Assembly: GCA_021781455.1 (NCBI GenBank)
Contig: JAJXWV010000026.1
Location: forward strand, 40,304-104,303
From: Acidobacteriota bacterium
Lineage (GTDB): Bacteria; Acidobacteriota; Thermoanaerobaculia; Gp7-AA8
Direction: 5' to 3'
Length of the DNA: 64,000 nucleotides
Position numbers and translations under genes: made by a program. Position 1 is the first letter of the stretch, and every line of letters begins with the position of its first letter. The notes under the pieces are model-generated. The model did not search any database, was not told the DNA's origin, and was given only the letters and a program-made list of their open reading frames with translations. This document shows positions 47,009 through 56,167 of the stretch, in pieces.

Positions 47009-47524
47009 CTACAGCACGATCGTGTAGCCGAGGCTCTTCAGGTCGGGCATGCGGTCGAGATAGACGTGGCCGTCGGTGTGATCGATCTCATGCTGGAAAA
47101 TACGCGCTGTGAATCCGCTGGCCTCGAACTGCAGCGGATCGCCGTCGTGGTCGACACCGCGCACGCGCACTTTCTTGTACCGCGGCACTTCGCCACCGAG
47201 AAATGGAACGCTCAGGCACCCCTCCCAATCGGTGATCGTCTCGTCGCCGATGGGCTCGTAGACACCGTTGAAGATGACTCCCACGCCGACCTTGGCCACG
47301 CCGCGTTTCTTTGCCACCTTCTCTTCGACTTCAAAGACGAAGATGCGCAACGGAAGATGCACCTGCGGACCGGCCAGGCCAACGCCCTCGTACGCGTGCA
47401 TCGTCTCGACCATGTCGTCGATGAGCGCCCGGAACTTGCCGGCTTTGATGTCGGCCACATCGACTTCCGCGGAACGCTCGCGGAGAACGGGATGACCGAG
47501 GCGTGAGACTTTGAGAATCGACAT
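47009..47524 (-). CDS. def: Peptide deformylase
   Basis: All three PDF motifs are present: GVGLAGPQV, EGCLSVP and QHEIDH. Confidence 0.95.
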   Translation of the reverse strand: MSILKVSRLGHPVLRERSAEVDVADIKAGKFRALIDDMVETMHAYEGVGLAGPQVHLPLRIFVFEVEEKVAKKRGVAKVGVGVIFNGVYEPIGDETITDWEGCLSVPFLGGEVPRYKKVRVRGVDHDGDPLQFEASGFTARIFQHEIDHTDGHVYLDRMPDLKSLGYTIVL

Positions 47525-47566
47525 ACCGTCAGTTTACTGAGATCCGAATTGAAAGTTGAGGTGCTT

Positions 47567-47764
47567 TGTCAGCTCCTGAGCACTCGAATCGCGCAGGCGC
47601 GACACCGGAGAGAAGAAACGTTCGATCATTCCCCCTCTCCCCGCCGCAGCGGGGAGAGGGCCGGGTGAGGGGTCTCGTTCTGGTTCAAAAGGAGACCCCT
47701 CCGCCTTCGGCACCTTCTCCCCGCTGCGGCGGGGAGAAGGGCAACGAAACGCCAGAGCCCGCAT
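47567..47764. repeat. 190-bp nested-hairpin repeat element, copy 2
   Basis: Collinear with 2204-2393 in the same orientation, with a small CTGGTT insertion in the inner loop. Lies between the def start and the MFS stop. Confidence 0.85.
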
Positions 47765-47942
47765 GAACACTGGGGGTTTCTTGGAAGCGTCAGCGAGGGA
47801 TCTCGGCGGTCGGGCGGCGCACGAATTCAATCGGTTTGCGGTGCGGGGCGGCGGCGCCTAACCGGCTGTTGTCGCGCCCCTCCCTCCCGGATCCCTGCTG
47901 ACGCTCGGGACGACAAGGTCGGATCCACGGTTCTTCGCTCGG

Positions 47943-49187
47943 TCATTCCGCGGGCCCGACGGTCGCGGCCTCCGATTTTGTCCACTCTTCCTTTTCCGTC
48001 AGCAGCGGCAGCTTGCGCATCCACAGCGACACGGCGAAGGCGATGGCGGTCAGGGTGGCGCCCGTGTAGAACGCGCCGGGTGCTTTGGCCATGTCGTAGA
48101 AGAATCCCGAGATGATCGGCCCGAGGAATCGCGCCAGCGAGCCGATGCCGGACGCCAGCCCCAGCATGCTCCCGTGCTCTTTCGGCGGCGAAGCCTTCGT
48201 CACGAGCGACGTCAGCGACGGATAGCAGAGCCCCTGGCCGACGGCGATGAAGAACGCAATCACGTACAGCAGCGACACGCGGTAGACCGACGGCACCATA
48301 ACCAGGCCGATTGTGAACGACGCTGCCCCGATGGCCACGAGCTTCCGCTCGCCGAGAGCGCGTGCCAGGCGGCCGATCAGGCCTCCCTGAATGCCGGCCA
48401 CGATCACACCCATGAAGAAGAAGAGGTAAGCCATGTCGATCTGCTCGAAGTGGAAGCGGTCGCGCGCGTGCAGCGTGACACTCGTTTCCATCCCGGCCAC
48501 GGACAGCAGCGTGATGAAGAGCGTGGCCATGATGGCCAGCATCATGTGGTGATGGCTCATCTCCTTCCAGACGCGGCGGTCGAACTGAGGAGGAAGGCCG
48601 CTCCGTACGGTGACGTCGGGAGCCTTCGATTCGCCGAGGACGAAGAGGGCGATCGTCAGCGCGCAGAGCGACAGCCCGGCCGCGGCCATGCCGGGAAGGA
48701 GATTGCCGGCCAGACCATGGTGCGTTCCCACCTCCGAGAGGATGCCGCTCAGCGGTGGCCCGAGGATGAACCCCATGCCGAACGCCGCGCCGATGAGCCC
48801 CATCCCTTTGGCGCGATTCTCCGGGGTCGTGGTGTCTGCGATGTACGCCTGGGCCGTCCCGATGTTCGCGCCCCCCGCTCCCGCGATGATGCGCGAGGCG
48901 AAGAGAATGCCCAGACCGTGTGCGATCCCGAAGAGGAAGTAACCGGTGCAGCTCGCGGTCAGGCTGATCAGGATCACCGGCCGGCGGCCGATCCGGTCCG
49001 ACAGCCTTCCCCACACGGGCGCGAAGAAGAACTGCATGATCGAGTAGATGCCGACCACCGCGCCCACCATCGTTCCGCTGGCGCCGTACTCGCGCGCATA
49101 AAACGGCAGGAACGGGATCACCATCCCGAAGCCGATGAGATCGATGAAGACGGTCAGGAAGAGGACGAGGAGTGAGGACTTGCGCAT
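47943..49187 (-). CDS. MFS transporter (drug/H+ antiporter-like, 12 TM)
   Basis: 414 aa. MFS motif A reads GRLSDRIGRRPVIL. Confidence 0.85.
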   Translation of the reverse strand: MRKSSLLVLFLTVFIDLIGFGMVIPFLPFYAREYGASGTMVGAVVGIYSIMQFFFAPVWGRLSDRIGRRPVILISLTASCTGYFLFGIAHGLGILFASRIIAGAGGANIGTAQAYIADTTTPENRAKGMGLIGAAFGMGFILGPPLSGILSEVGTHHGLAGNLLPGMAAAGLSLCALTIALFVLGESKAPDVTVRSGLPPQFDRRVWKEMSHHHMMLAIMATLFITLLSVAGMETSVTLHARDRFHFEQIDMAYLFFFMGVIVAGIQGGLIGRLARALGERKLVAIGAASFTIGLVMVPSVYRVSLLYVIAFFIAVGQGLCYPSLTSLVTKASPPKEHGSMLGLASGIGSLARFLGPIISGFFYDMAKAPGAFYTGATLTAIAFAVSLWMRKLPLLTEKEEWTKSEAATVGPAE

Positions 49188-49242
49188 GGGCGGGCGAAGT
49201 GTATAGCAGCGAATAGTGCCATCCGATGAGGTTTGTCATGCC

Positions 49243-49335
49243 GAGATCGCAGAGGGCAGATCGCAGGTTCAGGCGGACCCGCGGAACAAGCACGACTTTT
49301 CGCTGACCCACCTGCGATCTGCCATCTGCCATCTC
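49243..49335. repeat. Tandem-word-arm hairpin HAH15 (GCAGATC/GCAGAGG; 41-nt loop)
   Basis: GAGATCGCAGAGGGCAGATCGCAGGT at 49243-49268 pairs with ACCTGCGATCTGCCATCTGCCATCTC at 49310-49335. Lies in the divergent region between the MFS and HAD genes. Confidence 0.75.
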
Positions 49336-49356
49336 GTCGTCGTAGACTGCGCGGCC

Positions 49357-50055
49357 ATGTACCGACGCCTCGTCCTCTTCGATGTCGACGGAACGCTGAT
49401 CACCGACCGCGGCGCCGCACGGCAGGCGTACGAGACTGCCCTGCACGAGGTCTACGGCTACTCCGGCGATCTCAGGCGCTACGACTTCTCGGGCCGCACC
49501 GACCCGCAGATCACGCACATGGTGCTGGGCGACGCCGGCCTTTCTTCGGGAGACATCGACTCCCGGATGCCGGCACTCTGGGAGCGCTATCTCGCCGCCC
49601 TGGCCCGCAACGCCACTGCGGACCGTGTGCACGCGCTGCCCGGGATCCCGAAGCTGCTCGAATCGCTGAGCGCCAGACCCGACGTCATGCTCGCGCTACT
49701 GACCGGCAACATCGAGCCAGGCGCCCGCCTGAAGCTCGCGCCGCCGGCGCTGAACGGCTATTTCCCGTTCGGCGCATTCGGCAGTGATTCGCCACGGCGC
49801 GAGGAGCTGCCGCCCATCGCCGTGGAGCGCGCCTCCCAAATCGACGGACATCGCTTCCGCGGCCGCGACGTCGTCATCATCGGCGACTCCATCTACGACG
49901 TCCGCTGTGGCACGCCGCACGACGCGACCACGATCGCCATCGCCTCGGGGAAAACGTCCGCCGAGACGCTGCAGGCCGAAGGTCCGCACTATTTCTTCCA
50001 CTCCGCCGAAGATCTCGACGCGGTGCTCGGCGCGATCCTTTCCCCGCCAGTCTGA
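49357..50055 (+). CDS. HAD-superfamily hydrolase (phosphoglycolate-phosphatase-like)
   Basis: Trimmed to MYRRLVLFDVDGTL (motif I DxDGT). Motif IV reads IIGDSIYD. Confidence 0.8.
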   Translation: MYRRLVLFDVDGTLITDRGAARQAYETALHEVYGYSGDLRRYDFSGRTDPQITHMVLGDAGLSSGDIDSRMPALWERYLAALARNATADRVHALPGIPKLLESLSARPDVMLALLTGNIEPGARLKLAPPALNGYFPFGAFGSDSPRREELPPIAVERASQIDGHRFRGRDVVIIGDSIYDVRCGTPHDATTIAIASGKTSAETLQAEGPHYFFHSAEDLDAVLGAILSPPV

Positions 50056-50089
50056 GCCGGCGCAACCGCAACCCCGTCACTCTGACGGG
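50051..50089 (+). repeat. Post-stop motif copy overlapping the HAD stop codon
   Basis: In TCTGAGCCGGCGCAACCGCA the TGA is the gene's stop codon. It is followed by CCCCGTCACTCTGACGGG, a 7-bp hairpin. Confidence 0.6.
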
Positions 50090-50479
50090 ACCGCTCCGGC
50101 GACTCGGGATCACGGCAAGTCGGATTCGCCGACATGCGCGCCGACAACCCCGCATGCACATCGATGAACAAGTCGCCGCGTCCGTCGGGCTGACCGCTCC
50201 CTCTGTGGTGCGTGTCACGCCCTCCCCCCGCCGGACGGACACATACGTTGCGATGCCGCTGCCACGGTGAAGCCGTTCACGTGGTTACGGTCGTTTTTTC
50301 GTTGCTGCGTAACACTGCACTCAGAGATGGCGCAGAGGAATTCAACACCGACGGCCCCGTGATGAAAACAACCGCTAACGCCATCATCACCATCGTCAGG
50401 CCGAAGTAATCGAACCATCCACCCACGAGACTCGTGGGCCAAACGGACGGCGCAACCGCCGTTCGAAGGAGCGAGTGAG

Positions 50480-51247
50480 ATGTCGAAAGGGATCCTGTAC
50501 GACGCCACGCTCTGCATCGGCTGTCTGGAATGCGAGCGAGCCTGCGCCAAGGAAAACCACCTCCCGTACACCGAAACACTCGAGAAGCAGAAGAGGACTA
50601 ACGAGTACAAGTTCACCTACGTCGCCGCCCACGAGAACGAGAAGTACATGCGCCGGATGTGCATGCATTGCGAGGACCCGGCCTGCGCGTCGGTGTGCCC
50701 GGTAGGAGCTCTCGAGAAGACGAAGCTCGGGCCGGTGGTCTACGACGCCTCCAAGTGCATGGGTTGCCGCTACTGCATGATCGGCTGTCCGTTCGGCATC
50801 CCGAAGTACGAGTGGAGCAAGGCCATTCCGACGGTCAAGAAGTGCATCCTCTGCCACGAGCGGGTGGAGGCTGGCAAGCAGACGGCGTGCGCCGAGGCCT
50901 GTCCGACCGGCGCGACACTGTTTGGCGAGCGCAGCGCGCTCCTCGCGGAGGGACGCAAACGGCTGCAGGAGAACCCGACCAACTACGTCAATCACATCTA
51001 CGGCGAGAAGGAAGTCGGCGGCACCTCGGTGATGATGCTCTCTTCGGTCCCCTTCGAGCAGTTCGACCTCAAACCTTTCCAGCCCCAGCCGCTGCCGGAG
51101 CTCACCGGGCGCGTCCTGGCGAAAATCCCTCAGATCGTCAGCCTCAGTGCAACGATGCTGGGCGGCATTTACTGGATCACCAATCGCCGTGAAGCGGTCG
51201 AGCGCGTGGAAAAGACGCGCGAACGCAGCCAGAAGGACGAAAAGTGA
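50480..51247 (+). CDS. Four-cluster [4Fe-4S] ferredoxin-type subunit (PsrB/NrfC/HybA family) without signal peptide, with C-terminal TM helix
   Basis: 255 aa with four Cys groups: CIGCLECERAC, CMHCEDPACASVCP, CMGCRYCMIGCP and CILCH...CAEACP. Starts MSKGILYDATLC with no twin-arginine leader. C-terminal TM helix IVSLSATMLGGIYWI. Confidence 0.85.
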   Translation: MSKGILYDATLCIGCLECERACAKENHLPYTETLEKQKRTNEYKFTYVAAHENEKYMRRMCMHCEDPACASVCPVGALEKTKLGPVVYDASKCMGCRYCMIGCPFGIPKYEWSKAIPTVKKCILCHERVEAGKQTACAEACPTGATLFGERSALLAEGRKRLQENPTNYVNHIYGEKEVGGTSVMMLSSVPFEQFDLKPFQPQPLPELTGRVLAKIPQIVSLSATMLGGIYWITNRREAVERVEKTRERSQKDEK

Positions 51248-51255
51248 GGTCTGCA

Positions 51256-52437
51256 ATGAAGATGACACTTCCGAAAATCACGTTCTGGCGGGCGATCTTC
51301 GTCGTCGTCCTTCTCTTCGGTGCGTACGCGACCTATCTCCGCTTCTTCCACGGCCTGGGCGCATCGACGAACCTCTCCGACAACTTTCCATGGGGGCTCT
51401 GGATCGGCTTCGACATGCTTTGCGGCGTCATGCTCGCCGCGGGCGGATTTACCCTGATGGCCGCCGTCCACGTGCTCAATCTCAAGAAATACGCTCCAAT
51501 CGGCCGGCCGGCTGTCCTGACCGCGTTCCTGGGATACCTGCTGGTCATCGGCGCGCTGCTGTATGACCTGGGCAAGCCCTACAACATCTGGCATCCCATG
51601 ATCATGTGGCAGCCCCGCTCGGTGATGTTCGAGGTGGGATGGTGCGTCATGCTCTACACCACCGTCCTGGCGCTGGAGTTCGCTCCGATCATCCTGGAGC
51701 GTTTCCATCTCGAGAAACCGATCCGCATCCTGCACGCCATCTCAGTGCCGCTGATCATCCTGGGCGTCGTGCTCTCCACCCTTCACCAGTCCTCACTGGG
51801 CAGCCTCTATCTGATCGTTCCGGGAAAGCTCTACCCGCTCTGGTACACGCCGATGCTGCCGGTGCTGTTCTTTCTTTCCGCGATCGCCAGCGGGATGGGC
51901 ATGACCATCTTCGAGTCGACGATGTCGGCCCGTCATTTCGATCACGCGCTGGAAGCGCCGCTCATCCGCGGCCTGGGCCGGGGAATGCTGGTCACGCTTC
52001 TGATCTACGGAGTGGTCCGCTTTCATGACCTCATCAGCTCCGGCCGGATCAAATACGCGTTCGTGCAGAACTACGAGTCGACGATGTTCTGGGTGGAGGT
52101 CTCTCTGTCGATCTTCATCCCCGTGGTCCTGCTGCTGCTCCCGCGGGTCCGGGAGAACCCGATCAGCCTCTACATCACGTCGATTCTGATGATCTGCGGC
52201 TTCGTCATGAACCGCATGAACGTGGCCATGACGGGAATGGAGCGCTCTGCCGGAGTGCGTTACGTCCCGCGATGGAGCGAAGTCGTGATCACGCTCTGCA
52301 TCGTCGGCGTGGGCATAACGATCTTCACCCTGGCCACGAAATACCTGCCGATCTTCACGCACGCCAGTGCGCCGCAACGCGTGCCTGAGCGCACCGTCGC
52401 CGCGACCGCCCAGCCGGTGCCGGAGCTGGCGAGGTAG
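51256..52437 (+). CDS. NrfD/PsrC/HybB-family integral membrane quinone-interacting subunit
   Basis: About 10 TM helices. FPWGLWIGFDMLCGVMLAAGGF is typical of NrfD/HybB. A GAGG motif lies 6 nt upstream of ATG 51256. Confidence 0.8.
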   Translation: MKMTLPKITFWRAIFVVVLLFGAYATYLRFFHGLGASTNLSDNFPWGLWIGFDMLCGVMLAAGGFTLMAAVHVLNLKKYAPIGRPAVLTAFLGYLLVIGALLYDLGKPYNIWHPMIMWQPRSVMFEVGWCVMLYTTVLALEFAPIILERFHLEKPIRILHAISVPLIILGVVLSTLHQSSLGSLYLIVPGKLYPLWYTPMLPVLFFLSAIASGMGMTIFESTMSARHFDHALEAPLIRGLGRGMLVTLLIYGVVRFHDLISSGRIKYAFVQNYESTMFWVEVSLSIFIPVVLLLLPRVRENPISLYITSILMICGFVMNRMNVAMTGMERSAGVRYVPRWSEVVITLCIVGVGITIFTLATKYLPIFTHASAPQRVPERTVAATAQPVPELAR

Positions 52438-52440
52438 ACC

Positions 52441-54054
52441 ATGACCGCCGCCGAGCGAAACTCGCGCTGGGCGGCGGTCGTTCGCCGCATCAGCGGAAGC
52501 GTTGGCGCAAAGCTGTACACGCTTCTCTTCTCCGTCCTGCTGCTCAGTCTGGGGCTGCTGGGATACATGAACGTCCGCCTGCACCGCTCGCATCTCGAGT
52601 CGGCCCGGCTCGTCGATGCGCAGAGGATGGCCGAAGTCATCCGGCGCAGCACCTCGTATTACATGCTGCGCAATGACCGGCCGGCACTGCAGCACATCGT
52701 GGAGACGGTCGGCAATCAGGAGGATCTGGTGGCGCTGCGCGTCTACAACGCGAACGGCGCCATCGCCTTCTCGACGGACCGCAGCGAGTTGAACCGCAAC
52801 ATGGGCAGGCGGGGCCTGCCGACGTCCGGCGCCCGCATCTACCTGCGCGGTCCCGATCGCGTCATCGGCGTGGCCACTCCCATCCTGAACTCCCCTTCCT
52901 GCTCCTCGGCCGCCTGCCACGCTCATCCGGCGTCCCAGATGGTGCTGGGCGTCCTCGACACCAACGTCTCTCTGGCCGCCGCGGATGCGGACGTCGGCAC
53001 GACGACGCGGCAGTTCTTCTGGTACAGCGCCGCCGGTGTCTTCGTGACGTTGCTCAGCACGGCGGTATTCGTCTGGAACTTCGTCCACAAGCCCGTGCGG
53101 GCCTTGCGGATCGGCACCGAGCAGATTGCCGCTGGCGAGCTGGGAGTCCACATCAACGTGCTCTCCCATGACGAGCTGGGCGGCCTGGCCAGGTCGTTCA
53201 ACGACATGAGCAGCCGTCTCAAGGAAGACCAGGACGAGATCACCGCCTTCACCCGCACACTGGAGCGCCGCGTGGAGATGAAGACGGCCGAGCTCCGCAG
53301 CGCCCAGGAGGCGATGATCCAGGCCGAGAAGCTGACCTCGCTCGGCAAGCTGGCCGCCGTCGTGGCGCACGAGATCAACAACCCGCTCTCGGGCATCCTC
53401 ACCTACGCGAAGCTGCTGCGGAAGTGGATCGACCGCGGAGATGATCTCGAGAGCCGCTCGCGTGAGATGCGCGACGCGCTGGTGTTGATCGAGTCCGAGA
53501 GCCGCCGCTGCGGCGACATCGTCCGCAGCCTGCTCACCTTCGCCCGAGTGGCGCCGATGAACGTGGTCGACTTCGACGTCAACACCGTGATCTGCCAGTG
53601 CATGAAACTGGTCGAGCACAAGCTGGAGGTCGGCAACATCGTGGCCCAGCTCGAGCTCGAGGATCTGCCGCTGATCCGCGGCGACTCCGCGCACATCGAA
53701 CAGCTCATCCTGGCCCTGGTGATGAACGCCATCGAGGCCATGCCCCACGAAGGCAACCTGCGCGTGGCCACGCGCAAGGAGGAAGGCAGCGTGGTCATCA
53801 CCGTCGAGGACAACGGCATGGGCATCCCCCCGGAAGTGCTGCCGCGCCTCTTCGAGCCGTTCGTCACCACCAAGGAAGACAGCAAGGGGACGGGGCTCGG
53901 ATTGGCCATCAGCCGCAGCATCGTCGATCGACACAACGGCCGTATCGCCGTCGAGTCCGAAGTGGGCCGGGGCACGACCTTCACAATCACTCTGCCGTCC
54001 GGCGAGCGCATGACCGTCGCCGCCGAACCGAAACCAGCGGCCACGGTCGCGTGA
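52441..54054 (+). CDS. Sensor histidine kinase with periplasmic domain carrying Cys-x4-Cys-His
   Basis: 537 aa. TM1 covers about residues 25-43, followed by a periplasmic region of about 155 aa containing SPSCSSAACHAHP, then TM2 and HAMP. HisKA motif VVAHEINNPLSG and HATPase motif GTGLGLAISR. Confidence 0.85.
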   Translation: MTAAERNSRWAAVVRRISGSVGAKLYTLLFSVLLLSLGLLGYMNVRLHRSHLESARLVDAQRMAEVIRRSTSYYMLRNDRPALQHIVETVGNQEDLVALRVYNANGAIAFSTDRSELNRNMGRRGLPTSGARIYLRGPDRVIGVATPILNSPSCSSAACHAHPASQMVLGVLDTNVSLAAADADVGTTTRQFFWYSAAGVFVTLLSTAVFVWNFVHKPVRALRIGTEQIAAGELGVHINVLSHDELGGLARSFNDMSSRLKEDQDEITAFTRTLERRVEMKTAELRSAQEAMIQAEKLTSLGKLAAVVAHEINNPLSGILTYAKLLRKWIDRGDDLESRSREMRDALVLIESESRRCGDIVRSLLTFARVAPMNVVDFDVNTVICQCMKLVEHKLEVGNIVAQLELEDLPLIRGDSAHIEQLILALVMNAIEAMPHEGNLRVATRKEEGSVVITVEDNGMGIPPEVLPRLFEPFVTTKEDSKGTGLGLAISRSIVDRHNGRIAVESEVGRGTTFTITLPSGERMTVAAEPKPAATVA

Positions 54055-54062
54055 GGTGACAC

Positions 54063-55451
54063 ATGAGTGCGAAAGGAAGCATTCTCATCGTCGACGACGA
54101 GCCGAGCGTACGCGACTCGCTGAACCGGTGGTTCCGCGACGACGGGTATGAAGTGGGCGTGGCCGAGGGTGCGAACGACGCGCTGACGCGACTGGCGGAA
54201 CGCCACTGGGATCTGGCGCTGCTCGACATCCGCATGCGCGGCACCGACGGCATCGAGCTGCAGCGCCGGATCCACGAGCTCGATCCCGAGCTCGTCGTCA
54301 TCATGATGACCGGATACGCGTCCGTCGACACCGCCGTCACCGCCCTGAAGAACGGCGCTTACGACTACATCACCAAGCCGCTCGATCCCGACGACGTCGC
54401 CCACCTCGTGCAGAACGCGCTCGGCCACCGGAGGTCGCGCGAAGAGAACGCTCGGCTTCGGGAAATCGTCGAGAAACAGGCCCCCCACGTCTCCGAGCTG
54501 ATCGGTCAGAGCGCGGCCATGCAGAAGGTGCTGCACTCCATCGAGACCGTCGCCGCCACCGACGCGACGGTCCTCATCACCGGCGAGAGTGGGACCGGCA
54601 AGGAGCTCGTGGCCCGGGCTCTTCACTCCGGCAGCCCGCGGCGCTTCCATCCGCTCGTGGCCATTCACTGCGGAGCGCTCACCGAGACCCTGCTGGAGAG
54701 CGAGCTCTTCGGTCACGAAAAGGGCGCCTTTACCGGTGCCCAGTATCGGAAGAAGGGCAAATTCGAGGTGGCCGAGGGGGGCACGGTCTTCCTCGACGAG
54801 ATCGGTGACATCAGCCTCAAGACGCAGACCGACCTGCTGCGCGTCCTGCAGGAGCACGAGATCACGCGCGTCGGCGGTCACCAGCCCATCAAGGTCGATT
54901 TCCGCTGCGTGGCGGCCACGAACAAGGACCTCGAGGGCCTGATCCGCGACGGGCAGTTCCGTCCCGATCTCTACTACCGCCTGAATGTCTTCCGGATCGA
55001 GCTGCCTCCCCTGCGGGCCCGGCGCGACGACATCCCGCTGCTCGTGGATCACTTCGTGCGCAAGTACGCCAGCGCCATGAACAAGAAGATCACGCGCGTC
55101 TCGCCCGAGGCCATGGCCCTGATCCAGGAGCACGACTGGCCGGGGAACATCCGCGAGCTGGAGAATGCCGTGGAGCGGGCGCTGGTCGTGGCGCACGAGC
55201 CGGAGCTGCGCGAGGTGGACTTCGCCATCAAGCCGATGCAGGCGCTGATGGGCGGATCCATGAACGGGCCCACCGCTGACGGGGGAAGCCTCACGCTCGA
55301 AGAAGTCGAGAAGGCGCACATCCTGCGTGTCCTCGAGCAGTGCAATTTCAACCAGACTCGGGCGGCCGAGATGCTGCACATCGACCGCGTGACGCTGCAC
55401 AACAAGCTGAAGAAATACGGCTGGTCGCGGCCGCTCGTCGAAGTTCGATGA
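54063..55451 (+). CDS. Sigma-54-dependent response regulator (NtrC family)
   Basis: 462 aa. REC domain ILIVDDEPSV...LLDIRMRGTDG. AAA+ domain with GESGTGKE and the sigma-54 contact loop GAFTGA. C-terminal Fis-type HTH QTRAAEMLHIDRVTLHNKLKKYG. Confidence 0.9.
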   Translation: MSAKGSILIVDDEPSVRDSLNRWFRDDGYEVGVAEGANDALTRLAERHWDLALLDIRMRGTDGIELQRRIHELDPELVVIMMTGYASVDTAVTALKNGAYDYITKPLDPDDVAHLVQNALGHRRSREENARLREIVEKQAPHVSELIGQSAAMQKVLHSIETVAATDATVLITGESGTGKELVARALHSGSPRRFHPLVAIHCGALTETLLESELFGHEKGAFTGAQYRKKGKFEVAEGGTVFLDEIGDISLKTQTDLLRVLQEHEITRVGGHQPIKVDFRCVAATNKDLEGLIRDGQFRPDLYYRLNVFRIELPPLRARRDDIPLLVDHFVRKYASAMNKKITRVSPEAMALIQEHDWPGNIRELENAVERALVVAHEPELREVDFAIKPMQALMGGSMNGPTADGGSLTLEEVEKAHILRVLEQCNFNQTRAAEMLHIDRVTLHNKLKKYGWSRPLVEVR

Positions 55452-55972
55452 AGCCCATCCGTCTCCTGGCAGTTGGCGACGTGGAACGGCGCCTGATGGA
55501 CGCCGTTCGCGATTCGCTTGCCGAGGAGTACCGAACACGATGTTCGATCGACCGCCAGGTCGTCGATCCCGTCTCTGCCTATCACCCCGAGCGCAATCAG
55601 TACCATTCCACCGATCTCGTCGAGAAACTGACCAGGCTCGACGGCGCGAATCAGCAGCTCCTCGGGATCACCGCCGTCGATCTGTTCATCCCGATCCTGA
55701 CGTTCGTGTTCGGTGAGGCGCAGCTCGGTGGATCGTGTGCGGTCGTTTCGTATCACCGGCTGCACCAGTCCTTCTATGGATTACCGCCGGATGACGACCT
55801 GCTCCTCGACAGACTGGTGAAGGAAGCGATTCACGAAATCGGGCACACCTTCGGTCTGACGCATTGCGACGATTACGAGTGCGTCATGGCCGCCTCGCAT
55901 AGCGTGGAATGGCTGGACATGAAGGGCCCGTCGCTGTGCCCCGATTGCCGGAGTCGCTGCGGCGTGTCGTGA
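55448..55972 (+). CDS. Archaemetzincin-like zinc metalloprotease (M54-like)
   Basis: Trimmed to MKPIRLL; its ATG overlaps the regulator's stop in an ATGA arrangement. Signature HEIGHTFGLTHCDDYECVM plus CPDC. Confidence 0.8.
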   Translation: MKPIRLLAVGDVERRLMDAVRDSLAEEYRTRCSIDRQVVDPVSAYHPERNQYHSTDLVEKLTRLDGANQQLLGITAVDLFIPILTFVFGEAQLGGSCAVVSYHRLHQSFYGLPPDDDLLLDRLVKEAIHEIGHTFGLTHCDDYECVMAASHSVEWLDMKGPSLCPDCRSRCGVS

Positions 55973-56092
55973 AGTTCCTCGGCGTCGCCGCTGCATTTCT
56001 CTGCTGCAAATCACCACAACCCGGACGCTGAAGAAACGGCCAATTTACCCTTAGTGCAGCGTCGTCAATCGCTTGACTACGTTAAGCCAACG

Positions 56093-56108
56093 CGGCACCT
56101 CCCTTGCG
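56093..56108 (+). promoter_or_regulatory. Sigma-54 (-24/-12) promoter
   Basis: CGGCACCTCCCTTGCG has GGCAC-N5-TTGC with exact GG-N10-GC spacing. Lies 60 nt upstream of the small ORF at 56168 and downstream of the NtrC-type regulator gene. Confidence 0.65.
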
Positions 56109-56167
56109 ATATATCACGGTCAGAAGCAGTCCGGAAAACGGGGCTGCAGATCACAAGGAGGCTCACC

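Noticed and set aside
50237-50251. Possible sigma-54 promoter, GGACACATACGTTGC, upstream of the FeS/NrfD genes.
   Set aside because: The GG-to-GC spacing is 11 nt instead of the required 10, and the -24 element is GGACAC rather than GGCAC. I therefore cannot claim sigma-54 control of the FeS/NrfD pair.
50362-50409. 15-codon ORF (MKTTANAIITIVRPK) followed by a short stem upstream of the FeS gene, considered as a leader peptide or attenuator.
   Set aside because: There is no ribosome-binding site, no regulatory codon run and no terminator/antiterminator pair. The following palindrome has only a 1-nt loop. The idea is unsupported.
51793-55538. Two minus-strand ORFs of more than 700 aa (51793-53934 and 53403-55538) opposite the NrfD, kinase and NtrC genes. 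Also an 821-aa plus-strand ORF (57179-59644) opposite the HD-GYP gene.
   Set aside because: These are shadow ORFs. The annotated strands carry the HisKA/HATPase, GAFTGA and HD...HHExxxGxGYP motifs, and the alternatives carry none.
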